A stretch of 64,000 nucleotides of DNA from contig JAEHCO010000005.1 of the NCBI GenBank assembly GCA_020697715.1, forward strand, positions 55,304 to 119,303, in the 5' to 3' direction. Below, in pieces: positions 1 to 9,035 of the stretch. Below the pieces are notes generated by a model. It searched no databases. It was not told the DNA's origin and saw only the letters and a list, made by a program, of their open reading frames with translations. The first letter of the stretch is position 1. Every line of letters begins with the position of its first letter. The position numbers were made by a program, and so were the translations under genes. This DNA comes from Methanobacteriota archaeon. GTDB lineage: Archaea; Thermoplasmatota; Thermoplasmata; SG8-5; JAGLSY01.

Positions 1-2
1 CC

Positions 3-797
3 ATCAGCGGAGGTAGATACCCCGGAGCTATCACCGGAAAGCCTGTTGGAATGGGCGGCTCACTTGGCCGAACTGAGGCAACAGGTTATGGTGTAGTATT
101 TGTGCTGAGAGAAGCCCTTAAGGAATTAGAGATGGACATATCCAAGACCACAGCTTCTGTCCAGGGATTCGGCAATGTTGCCCAATATGCTATTGAACTC
201 TTTATCAAATATGGTGGAAAAGTCGTTTCAGTCTCTTGCTGGGATCAGAATGACCAAACAACATATGCATTTTTTAAACAAGATGGCATAGATCTGAAAG
301 AATTGAGGAAGATAACCAATCGTTATGGAACAGTGGAAAAATCCAGGGCGGAGGAATTGGGCTACAAGGTATTGCCTGGTGATGACTGGCTGAAGCAGGA
401 TGTAGATATTCTCATACCAGCCGCACTAGAGAACTCGATCCATAAGGACAATGTCAAGGACATAAGCAATAAGGTCAAGATCATTGCAGAAGGTGCTAAT
501 GGACCAACAACACCAGAAGCTGATGAGCATCTCTATAGCAATGATGTTCTGGTGATACCGTGCTTCCTGGCCAATGCAGGCGGAGTGGTATGTAGCTACT
601 TCGAACAGGTCCAATCCAATACCAATTATTTCTGGCCAAAGGACGAGGTCCTGGGAAAGCTGGACGATAAGATGACAGATGCCTACTATGCAGTCATCGA
701 ACTGAAAAAGAGAAGAAATATTCCTATGCGAGATGCGGCCTATATGATCGCCATATCGCGCGTAGCAGAGGCCTGCCATTTACGTGGCTGGGCATGA
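3..797 (+). CDS. gdhA: Glutamate dehydrogenase (Glu/Leu/Phe/Val dehydrogenase family), 5'-truncated by window edge
   Basis: Frame is open from position 3 (ISGGRYPGAITGKPVGMGGSLGRTEATGYG). Contains VQGFGNV dinucleotide-binding motif, DILIPAALEN, IAEGANGP and LANAGGVVCSYFE. Confidence 0.93.
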   Translation: MSGGRYPGAITGKPVGMGGSLGRTEATGYGVVFVLREALKELEMDISKTTASVQGFGNVAQYAIELFIKYGGKVVSVSCWDQNDQTTYAFFKQDGIDLKELRKITNRYGTVEKSRAEELGYKVLPGDDWLKQDVDILIPAALENSIHKDNVKDISNKVKIIAEGANGPTTPEADEHLYSNDVLVIPCFLANAGGVVCSYFEQVQSNTNYFWPKDEVLGKLDDKMTDAYYAVIELKKRRNIPMRDAAYMIAISRVAEACHLRGWA

Positions 798-813
798 TAA
801 TGGAAAGGGAACG

Positions 814-3800
814 ATGATCAAAAAATTCGATGAGATCGAAAAGATCATAGCTGAAGCAGCTAATAACAAAAAGGCAGGGGAGGTTAGTTCAACCTCGAGA
901 GCAGGTAGCACTGCCTCTCCACGCCTCATCAGGAATATTCTCCTACTTTGTACTGAATATGATTATTTCATTCTGGAGGAGGAGGGTAGATTGACATCAC
1001 TCTTTCGTAAGATGTACGACCACATTGGGGGTAACCCCCCAAAGATAATCAAGGCAGAAAATGAGAAAGCCTTGTTGTCCATCCTGAAAACAAAGGACAT
1101 TGATGTTCTGATCATGTTCAAACCTCCAATTGAAATGGATGCATTTGCCCTGGCCAGGAAGGTTAAAGATCAAAAACCAGATCTGCCAATAGTTCTGGTT
1201 GATAATAATACAGAAGACCTTGATGAGCTGGTTGAAGCAAATACTGGTGAAACCATTGATTGGATATTCACATGGTTCGGTGATGGTAAGATATTCCTTA
1301 ACATAACACAGTTCATAGAGGATCAGCAAAATTTTGGATCAGATACACCAATTCTCCCTCAAAGAGTGCTGATCATTGCCGAGTCTCCAAGATATTATTC
1401 TAATCTATTGTCAGAGGCCTATGAAGCAATATGGGGTCAACTTAACAGTATTTTGCCAGAGGATATGCCATCTCCTTTGGAAAGCAGGCTCAGAAGGAGA
1501 TATCCCCAGGTCCTTATTGCAGATTCCACCAAAGTAGCCAAAACGATATTTGCTGAAAACCTAGACGATATTCTCTGTGTTATAATCGACATTGACCAAT
1601 CTAATATTGAGAAAAATGAATCATTACTATATCAATTCATAGAAAGAGTTGTAGAGACCAAACCTTCAGCTCCTACGTTGTTGTTATCCTCAGATTCTAA
1701 TTGGCAATCAATGTCAGAATCAAGTGAAATAGATTTCTTACAAAAGGGCTCTCCTAATTATATTGGCAAGATACGGAACTTCATTCAGGATTCTTTGGGT
1801 TCCAAGGACTTATCCATTTCGGATAAGGATGGAGCAGAATTGATAAGAATTGAAGATATCAAGACCTTTGAAAAAGCCATTTGGACAATGCCTGCCCCCA
1901 TCCTTCTAGATCACTCTCACAACAATAGTTTGATAAGATGGCTTATTTCGAGATTGGAGTTCGAGCTAGCACATGAATTTAAAACCATTATTTCAATAGA
2001 AGATGAGCCTGAAATACTCCGAAAGAACATGACCGATGCCATGGAACAACACAGGCGAGATCTCAATAAGGGGGTGGTATCAAAATACTCTCGAAGAACC
2101 TATGGAGAGCATTCAAGATTCTGTCGGATCGGCAAAGGTGCCATGGGGGGAAAGGCTAGAGGGCTTGCTTTCATGGACAAGATAATATCAAATTATCTGG
2201 AGAATGGCTTGTTCAGGAATTTGAATATCTCAATGCCCAGGACCATTGTCATCTGTTCGGATATCTTCGATTCATTCCTTGAGGATAATGACCTGGTTAA
2301 CGAAGAGCTCTACTTCATGTCTGATGAAAGAATAGCAATGAAATTCATGGAAGCTGACCTACCACCAATATTACTTGGTGATCTTAGAGCCTTCGTCAGA
2401 GAGACAAAGGTTCCCATTGTCGTACGTTCGTCAAGCCTACTGGAGGATGCTTTGAACCATCCATTTGCAGGGGTTTATTCATCCCTTCTTCTACCAAATG
2501 AATCATGGGAAACAGATCTAAGATTCCAGGAGCTTTGCAATGCTGTAAAATATGTGTTTGCCTCAGTCTTCTTCCAAAAGGCCAGAACTTACATGGAAAC
2601 AACCCCCAACACGATAGAGGATGAGAAGATGGCTGTCATTATCCAGGAACTCATTGGCCAGAAATATGGTGATGTTTTCTACCCCACGATTTCCGGTGTA
2701 ACGAAATCATACGAATATTATCCATCTGGCTCATGTAAGAACACAGATGGTGTGGTCAACTTGGCTTTGGGGCTAGGGAAGGCCGTGGTAGATGGAAGTA
2801 GCACATTCAGGTTCTGCCCGATGCATCCCAAGGTCCACAAATACGGAACTGTGAAAGAACTTCTGGGTCAATCCCAAAAGAAGTTCTATGCTGTGGATCT
2901 GACCTCTTATGTTAATATTGTTCAGCGGGATGAGGATAGTGCCTTGGTCAAATTAGACTTGACAACAGCTGAGGAGCATGGCATACTGGATCATACGGCC
3001 TCTACATATTCGAATGAAAGATTATATCCCGGAATTGGGAGAGATGGTTCCAGAGTCATTGATTTCGCACCCATTCGTGAGCTGGGTATCATACCCCTTC
3101 CTAAGGCGATCCACATGCTCCTTCAAGTCGGTGAAATAGCCATAGGAACACCAGTGGAGATAGAATTTGCAGTCAATATCCATCCAGAACCCAAGCGACC
3201 AGTCGATCTATATCTGTTACAAATTAGAAGTATGTTCTCCAATGTGGCTACCCAGGAAGTGGAGATCGGCCAGCATGATGAGAAGAATATCATCTGCTAT
3301 ACCGAGAATGTGCTTGGTAATGGTATAATTGATAATATCAAGGATATTGTTTTTGTCAAGCCTGAAGGATTTGAATTATCCAAAAACCAATCCATTGTTC
3401 CACAGATAAGGAAATTGAATAAAAAATTGATGGAAAGTAAAACCCCATACATTCTGATAGGCCCAGGCCGATGGGGATCCACAGACCAATGGCTAGGAAT
3501 ACCAGTAACCTGGAGTGACATAGCAGGAGCGAAGATCATAGTAGAAACCCCTGTGAAAGAGAGAATAATCGATCCATCCCAGGGTTCGCATTTCTTCCAT
3601 AATATGACATCCGCTCACATCGGATATTTCACAATAACTCCATTTGGAAAAGGAACCATTGATTGGGATTGGCTGGGAGAACTTCCCACTGCTGAAGAGA
3701 CCGAGAATCTGAAGCATATTCGCTTTGACACTCCCTTGGAAGTACGAATAGATGGCAATCATGGTCTCGGTGTGATACTGAAAAAGCTTTCGAAAGAAGT

Positions 3801-3825
3801 AATGGAGGTTGCTGAAGATGAATGA
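814..3825 (+). CDS. PEP/pyruvate-binding (PPDK_N, ATP-grasp) dikinase-like protein with N-terminal receiver-like domains; no C-terminal PEP-binding barrel
   Basis: GGKARGLAF, VRSSSLLED..FAGVY, EKMAVIIQE and VEIEFAV..LYLLQIR motifs; C-terminal IGPGRWGS and SQGSHFF. ATG 814 after the gdh stop is preferred over the track's GTG 784. Confidence 0.85.
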   Translation: MIKKFDEIEKIIAEAANNKKAGEVSSTSRAGSTASPRLIRNILLLCTEYDYFILEEEGRLTSLFRKMYDHIGGNPPKIIKAENEKALLSILKTKDIDVLIMFKPPIEMDAFALARKVKDQKPDLPIVLVDNNTEDLDELVEANTGETIDWIFTWFGDGKIFLNITQFIEDQQNFGSDTPILPQRVLIIAESPRYYSNLLSEAYEAIWGQLNSILPEDMPSPLESRLRRRYPQVLIADSTKVAKTIFAENLDDILCVIIDIDQSNIEKNESLLYQFIERVVETKPSAPTLLLSSDSNWQSMSESSEIDFLQKGSPNYIGKIRNFIQDSLGSKDLSISDKDGAELIRIEDIKTFEKAIWTMPAPILLDHSHNNSLIRWLISRLEFELAHEFKTIISIEDEPEILRKNMTDAMEQHRRDLNKGVVSKYSRRTYGEHSRFCRIGKGAMGGKARGLAFMDKIISNYLENGLFRNLNISMPRTIVICSDIFDSFLEDNDLVNEELYFMSDERIAMKFMEADLPPILLGDLRAFVRETKVPIVVRSSSLLEDALNHPFAGVYSSLLLPNESWETDLRFQELCNAVKYVFASVFFQKARTYMETTPNTIEDEKMAVIIQELIGQKYGDVFYPTISGVTKSYEYYPSGSCKNTDGVVNLALGLGKAVVDGSSTFRFCPMHPKVHKYGTVKELLGQSQKKFYAVDLTSYVNIVQRDEDSALVKLDLTTAEEHGILDHTASTYSNERLYPGIGRDGSRVIDFAPIRELGIIPLPKAIHMLLQVGEIAIGTPVEIEFAVNIHPEPKRPVDLYLLQIRSMFSNVATQEVEIGQHDEKNIICYTENVLGNGIIDNIKDIVFVKPEGFELSKNQSIVPQIRKLNKKLMESKTPYILIGPGRWGSTDQWLGIPVTWSDIAGAKIIVETPVKERIIDPSQGSHFFHNMTSAHIGYFTITPFGKGTIDWDWLGELPTAEETENLKHIRFDTPLEVRIDGNHGLGVILKKLSKEVMEVAEDE

Positions 3826-6800
3826 TGGCCAGATATCAGGAAATGGTGCAGAACAGAGGCTTGAAGAGAGAATAAAGGAGCTCAATTGCATATATGGTAT
3901 ATCCGCAATCACTCAAGATGAAAGCATCACCCTAAATGAAGCACTACAGGATATTCTCCAGCTGATCTCCCAAGCTTGGCAGTATCCCAATTCCACATAT
4001 GCTCGAATTATCATAGATGATGAAGTTCATTCAACACCAAATTATAAAGAAACGCCCTGGCTACAATCAACCCAAATAAAGCATGGAGGAAAAATCAAGG
4101 GCATTATAGAGGTCGGCTATCTTGAAGAGATGCCAGCCATGGATGAAGGACCATTCTTAGCAGAGGAAAGAAAGTTACTCAAAGCCATTTCAGAGTTGAT
4201 TGGAAACTTCATTGCACAAAGACAGATCCGTGATAGACTAAATAATAACAATAATAACATCAACAAGGCAGCTGATAAAGATGACTGGGAAATAATCTTG
4301 GGCATATTGATGAAGACAGACCCAAGAAGTTCTCTTCGAATTACAAGGCGCATGATATATCATCTTTACAGAATCCAGAACGAAGAAATTGCAGCTATTG
4401 TGAACAGTATATGCCAGCTGGACGAGGCAGATTCTGAGTGGTGTGGGATCAATATACCCAATCCCAGAAAGGATATTGTAGCCTTGAAAAAAATACAAGC
4501 AGAGGTTTTTAAAATTGCGAAGGACGCTTTACCACCTGAGGAGATATCAAATCTATTCAATATGTGGCTGAAGGCTGATAAAGCTCGCCCTCTTCTTCTG
4601 GCTTCTCAAAAGCAAAGTATTCCTTTGACAGAGATCACAAGTGAACTCAATAGGTTCTGGGATATGCCGGAGGATGCCAGAACACTACTTCCTGAGGATG
4701 ATATATCCATATCCACAGCCCTCATACGTCGATTTTTCACCAGTAGGCTTGATTTCATCAACAATGCAAAAAAATACATTGGTGTTGGAGATTTTGTCAG
4801 TCTTTTAAAGACAGTTGTTGGTCCCCCTGAAGGAGAAGGAAAGCTGGGTGGAAAGATATCTGGTGTATATCTTGCTGAAAAAATAATCGAGATGGAAAAA
4901 ATAACCCATGAGCACCTGCGGGATGTGAAATTCGCTGATAGCTGGTATATCACTTCAGACACACTGATAGATGTGATCCATTACAATGATCTGGATGATA
5001 TGGTACACATAAAATATCTTGATCCAAGCGAGATACGCCAGGAGCACCCATTTCTGGAACAACTCTTCAAAAATTCAATATTCCCTCCTGAGATCGAGAA
5101 AGGCCTTAACAGGATATTGAGAAATATTGGAGACAATCCAATAATCGTAAGGTCATCCAGCCTTCTTGAGGACAGCTTTGGAGCTGCATTCTCTGGAAAA
5201 TACAAAAGCTTGTTTTTGGTCAATAAGGGTACATTGGAGGAAAAGAGAAACGCACTCATGGATGCAATATTAGAGGTTTATGCATCTACATTTGCCCCGG
5301 ATCCCATTGAATACAGGAGAGAGCGTGGACTCCTTGACTTCTCGGAAGAGATGGGGATATTGATCCAGAAGGTCGTTGGAACGAAAATAGGCCCTTATTA
5401 CATCCCGGCATTTGCAGGTGTGGCCTTCAGCAACAATGAGTTCCGATGGTCTCCGAGAATAAGAAGAGAGGATGGAATAATCAGAATGGTCGCTGGCCTT
5501 GGAACAAGAGCTGTGGATAGGGTCGGAGATGATTATCCTGTATTGGTATCTCCCAATAAGCCAGATATTCAGGTGAATGCCCTTGTTGATGAATCTATTC
5601 AATATTCACAGCATTTCATGGATGTCATTAATATTGAAAAGGGAACCTTTGAAACAGTAAGCTCCCTGGATCTCATTAGAGAATATTGGGATGTTTATCC
5701 AATAATAACCAAAATAGTTTCCATACATCGTGATGGAATACTCAGACCAGTCACAGGTGTATTGATGGATATCGAAGATGCGGATCTTGTCATAACCTTC
5801 TCTGGGTTGATAGAAAAAACTTCTTTCATCAAACAGATCAAAAGTGTTTTAAATATTTTGCAGGAAAAGATGGGAACCCCAGTAGACGTGGAGTTCGCAC
5901 ACGATGGTGAAAAACTTCACATATTACAGTGTCGTCCTCAAAGCTTTGGCAAGGAGACAGTACGAGTCCCAATACCAAAGAACATACCCAATAACAGGAA
6001 GATATTCTCAGCAAGTAAATACGTAACTAACAGCCACATAAAAAATATCGAATATATGGTCTATGTGAGGCCTAGTGCATATGATGCTTTGAGCGAGAGA
6101 AACGATATGCTGAATGTGGCCAAAGCCGTGGGTGGTCTAAATAAGGCTCTTCCAAAAGGTAGGTTCATCCTAATGGGGCCTGGCCGATGGGGAAGCCGAG
6201 GAGACATCAAGTTGGGTGTGCCTATTTCATATAGTGACATTAACAACACTTCACTTCTGATAGAGATAGCTATCAAAAAAGGAGGTTATCTACCTGACCT
6301 CTCCTTTGGCACGCACTTCTTCCAGGATCTCGTCGAGGCAGATATCCATTATCTACCACTTTATCCTGACGATCCAGATTCTATATTCAATGAAAATCTG
6401 ATGAACATGGCCCCCAATAGGCTTGGTGAATTACTACCAAAATACAAGGATATGGAACATGTGATCCAGGTAATTCAGATCGCAGATATCTCTGATGGTG
6501 GGACCATGAATGTCGTAATGGACGGGGAAGCGAATGATGCACTTGCCTATGTCATGCCACCTGATCACTGGACCTGGAGGATGAAGAAGGTCGAGGAATT
6601 AGGCAATATGCTGGATGCCGAATTGTATGGGGTTGAAGCATTTTATGTCTTCGGGAGCACCAAAGAAGCAACTGCTGGCCCGGCAAGTGACATTGATCTT
6701 CTGATACATTTCAACGGAAATGAGGAACAGAGAGAGAGTCTTCTATCCTGGCTCCATGAACGTGGTGTCAAGTTGGGAAAGGAGAATAAAGAAAGGACAG

Positions 6801-6934
6801 GGGGCCAGACAGATGACATACTGGATGTTCACATAATCACAGATGAAGATATTAAGAACAAGAGTTCATGGGCAGTGCATATTAACTCTCCTCATAGTGC
6901 TGCAAAGAAGATACCATTAAGAAATGATAACTAA
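3818..6934 (+). CDS. Second PPDK_N dikinase-like protein, with N-terminal sensor-like region and C-terminal pol-beta-type nucleotidyltransferase domain
   Basis: GKLGGK, VRSSSLLEDSFGAAFSGKY, EEMGILIQ, VDVEFAH..LQCRP, MGPGRWGS and SFGTHFFQD motifs. C-terminal FYVFGS...ASDIDLLIH...LDVHII is the NTase hG[GS]-DxD-D signature. Start 3818 (ATG) or 3809 (TTG); overlaps the upstream stop. Confidence 0.82.
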   Translation: MNDGQISGNGAEQRLEERIKELNCIYGISAITQDESITLNEALQDILQLISQAWQYPNSTYARIIIDDEVHSTPNYKETPWLQSTQIKHGGKIKGIIEVGYLEEMPAMDEGPFLAEERKLLKAISELIGNFIAQRQIRDRLNNNNNNINKAADKDDWEIILGILMKTDPRSSLRITRRMIYHLYRIQNEEIAAIVNSICQLDEADSEWCGINIPNPRKDIVALKKIQAEVFKIAKDALPPEEISNLFNMWLKADKARPLLLASQKQSIPLTEITSELNRFWDMPEDARTLLPEDDISISTALIRRFFTSRLDFINNAKKYIGVGDFVSLLKTVVGPPEGEGKLGGKISGVYLAEKIIEMEKITHEHLRDVKFADSWYITSDTLIDVIHYNDLDDMVHIKYLDPSEIRQEHPFLEQLFKNSIFPPEIEKGLNRILRNIGDNPIIVRSSSLLEDSFGAAFSGKYKSLFLVNKGTLEEKRNALMDAILEVYASTFAPDPIEYRRERGLLDFSEEMGILIQKVVGTKIGPYYIPAFAGVAFSNNEFRWSPRIRREDGIIRMVAGLGTRAVDRVGDDYPVLVSPNKPDIQVNALVDESIQYSQHFMDVINIEKGTFETVSSLDLIREYWDVYPIITKIVSIHRDGILRPVTGVLMDIEDADLVITFSGLIEKTSFIKQIKSVLNILQEKMGTPVDVEFAHDGEKLHILQCRPQSFGKETVRVPIPKNIPNNRKIFSASKYVTNSHIKNIEYMVYVRPSAYDALSERNDMLNVAKAVGGLNKALPKGRFILMGPGRWGSRGDIKLGVPISYSDINNTSLLIEIAIKKGGYLPDLSFGTHFFQDLVEADIHYLPLYPDDPDSIFNENLMNMAPNRLGELLPKYKDMEHVIQVIQIADISDGGTMNVVMDGEANDALAYVMPPDHWTWRMKKVEELGNMLDAELYGVEAFYVFGSTKEATAGPASDIDLLIHFNGNEEQRESLLSWLHERGVKLGKENKERTGGQTDDILDVHIITDEDIKNKSSWAVHINSPHSAAKKIPLRNDN

Positions 6935-7785
6935 TCTATTGAGATAAGTTCTCTTGTTGCATTGGCCAGGTCATCTGTATCGAACCTTATCAAAGCGATC
7001 TCTGAACCATCATGGGCAGCATTGAAGGAGTGCGTTTTCCCTTTCATTTCACGCCATTGGCCAGTCAATCTGGCAGATTCATGAATATGCCCATGCAGTG
7101 TGAGCAATGGCTGTTTTTCATCTATGAAACGCTGAACCGCGATACTTCCCACATGAATGTCCATGGGGGCATGATCAACTTTCATGCCATCCAATGCCGC
7201 CCTATCTAAATTGGAATCATAAGGTGGAGCGTGGAATAGGTAAATCGTCCTATCTGGGGGAGAGGCCAGGGCTAGCTTTTTTAGATCATTGGCAATGGTG
7301 GCTGTTCTGATTTCTTTTTCAGGTACTTGCACTGTACGGACACCTTCCTCTGGTGAAACACAGCCCACATCCACATGTCTTGAAACATCATAACGCTCCC
7401 AATCCTTGAATTGGAATGGAGTGGGGTTAACATAAGAATAGCCAGTGATGTACAAATTATCAAAAGAAATTGTACGATCGTGCAGATATTCTATCAATCC
7501 GGATTTATCTGCCTCTAGGAACAATGCTTCATACTGGCGTGGGTCATCATTCCCCATTATGACGAAGAAACGAGTTTTGGATCCATTGGCTTCTGAATAA
7601 ACCTTGATAAGTGAAAATAATTCATTCTCTAAGAAGAGCTCTGGGTCTTCCTCCATCCCCAAGCCACTTGGGAAGATATCCCCTCCAAACAAAACTGCAT
7701 CTGGCTCTTCGATGGAAATTATCTTAAATAATTTCCTGTATTTGTCAACATTCCCATGTAGGTCCGAGACGAAAAAGCATTTCAA
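6931..7785 (-). CDS. Calcineurin-like (Icc-related) metallophosphoesterase
   Basis: SDLHG, GGD, GNDD, FHAPP and HGHIHE motifs. Stop codon overlaps that of the upstream dikinase-NTase gene. Confidence 0.9.
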   Translation of the reverse strand: MKCFFVSDLHGNVDKYRKLFKIISIEEPDAVLFGGDIFPSGLGMEEDPELFLENELFSLIKVYSEANGSKTRFFVIMGNDDPRQYEALFLEADKSGLIEYLHDRTISFDNLYITGYSYVNPTPFQFKDWERYDVSRHVDVGCVSPEEGVRTVQVPEKEIRTATIANDLKKLALASPPDRTIYLFHAPPYDSNLDRAALDGMKVDHAPMDIHVGSIAVQRFIDEKQPLLTLHGHIHESARLTGQWREMKGKTHSFNAAHDGSEIALIRFDTDDLANATRELISID

Positions 7786-7958
7786 TTTTATTTCCTCCAG
7801 TTCCTGAACATAATCAATAATGAGGGCTTATAAATATTTATTATGTTCTTATATTCGTTAGTATGTTCATGATCTGATTGAGATAGAGGTGAAAAAGAGT
7901 GGTGAATAGGCCATACAATATTCATTCATTTTGATTTTTCATGGAATAACCTCAAGTA

Positions 7959-8867
7959 GTGAATGATACATTTAAAGGCATGGTGCATACTGTGTTAAAC
8001 TCAAATGGATCAATGATCGATACTATCAAGAAAAGAACATCTGTTAGAACATATGATGAGCAGAAAATAACAGAAGAGATCTTTGACCAAATAACGATCA
8101 TACTAAAGAAATTCGAGGCTGAGCCAGGTCCCTTTGGAAATTATTCAAGATTTCAGATCCTGAAGCTCGATAATGAAGAGTCTCACCAAGGAGTGAAACT
8201 GGGCACTTATGGTTTTATTAAAGGTCACATGGCCTATCTTGTGGCGATTTGCTCAAAAGAGAACGAGGCCATAATCGATATGGGATATTCTTTTGAGAAG
8301 GTGATCCTGAACATGACACAGATGGGGCTGGGCACATGCTGGATCGGGGGCACATTCAGCCGAGAATCTTTCATGAAATTCATCGATCTAAAGGACAATG
8401 AATTCATTGGCGCTATCTCACCAATTGGTTATGGTTCAGATAATAATAGGATCAAGGAAAAAATTATCAGAAGAACCGCAGGTGCGGACAATAGAAAATC
8501 CTGGGATCAGATGTTTTTCAAAAATGACTTTTCAACAGAGCTGAAAAAAGAACATGCTGGGGAATTGGAGATCGCATTCGAAATGGTGAGATGGGGGCCA
8601 TCAGCATCCAATAAACAACCCTGGCGACTTATGTTGGTTGAAGAACAGGACATACGAACAATTCATTTTTATCTGGATTTTGACCCAAAATACACTGGCA
8701 ATACTAAGCTGGGATATCCCATACAGAAACTTGACATCGGGATCGCCATGAGTCATTTCGAGGTCTCGGCAATAGAACTCGAAAAAGCAGGAAAATGGGT
8801 ATTTGAGGAGCCAGATATGAAGAAGATAAATGATCAATATGAATATGTCGGTAGCTATTCGATATAA
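7959..8867 (+). CDS. Nitroreductase family protein
   Basis: IKKRTSVRTY, GLGTCWIGG and GPSASNKQPW motifs. True start may be downstream (e.g. ATG 7980). Confidence 0.88.
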   Translation: MNDTFKGMVHTVLNSNGSMIDTIKKRTSVRTYDEQKITEEIFDQITIILKKFEAEPGPFGNYSRFQILKLDNEESHQGVKLGTYGFIKGHMAYLVAICSKENEAIIDMGYSFEKVILNMTQMGLGTCWIGGTFSRESFMKFIDLKDNEFIGAISPIGYGSDNNRIKEKIIRRTAGADNRKSWDQMFFKNDFSTELKKEHAGELEIAFEMVRWGPSASNKQPWRLMLVEEQDIRTIHFYLDFDPKYTGNTKLGYPIQKLDIGIAMSHFEVSAIELEKAGKWVFEEPDMKKINDQYEYVGSYSI

Positions 8868-9035
8868 TTGCAATCTGGAACTCGAACTCTCTAAGCAATG
8901 GAATATGCATAGTGCATGTTATATCTTCATCTCAGAATACCCCGCGGAATACCCATGAAAGAGTTTTATACTTGAGGACAAATATGATGAGTGAATCTGG
9001 CGAATTGCTGGATCTAACATAAAGGAAGGAACATC

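Noticed and set aside
4241-4258. Poly-Asn (AAT/AAC) run
   Set aside because: A short in-frame linker microsatellite with no evidence of phase variation.
814-6934. Annotation as canonical phosphoenolpyruvate synthase (ppsA)
   Set aside because: No C-terminal PEP-utilising barrel and no canonical GGxTSHAAI motif; extra regulatory and NTase domains are present instead.
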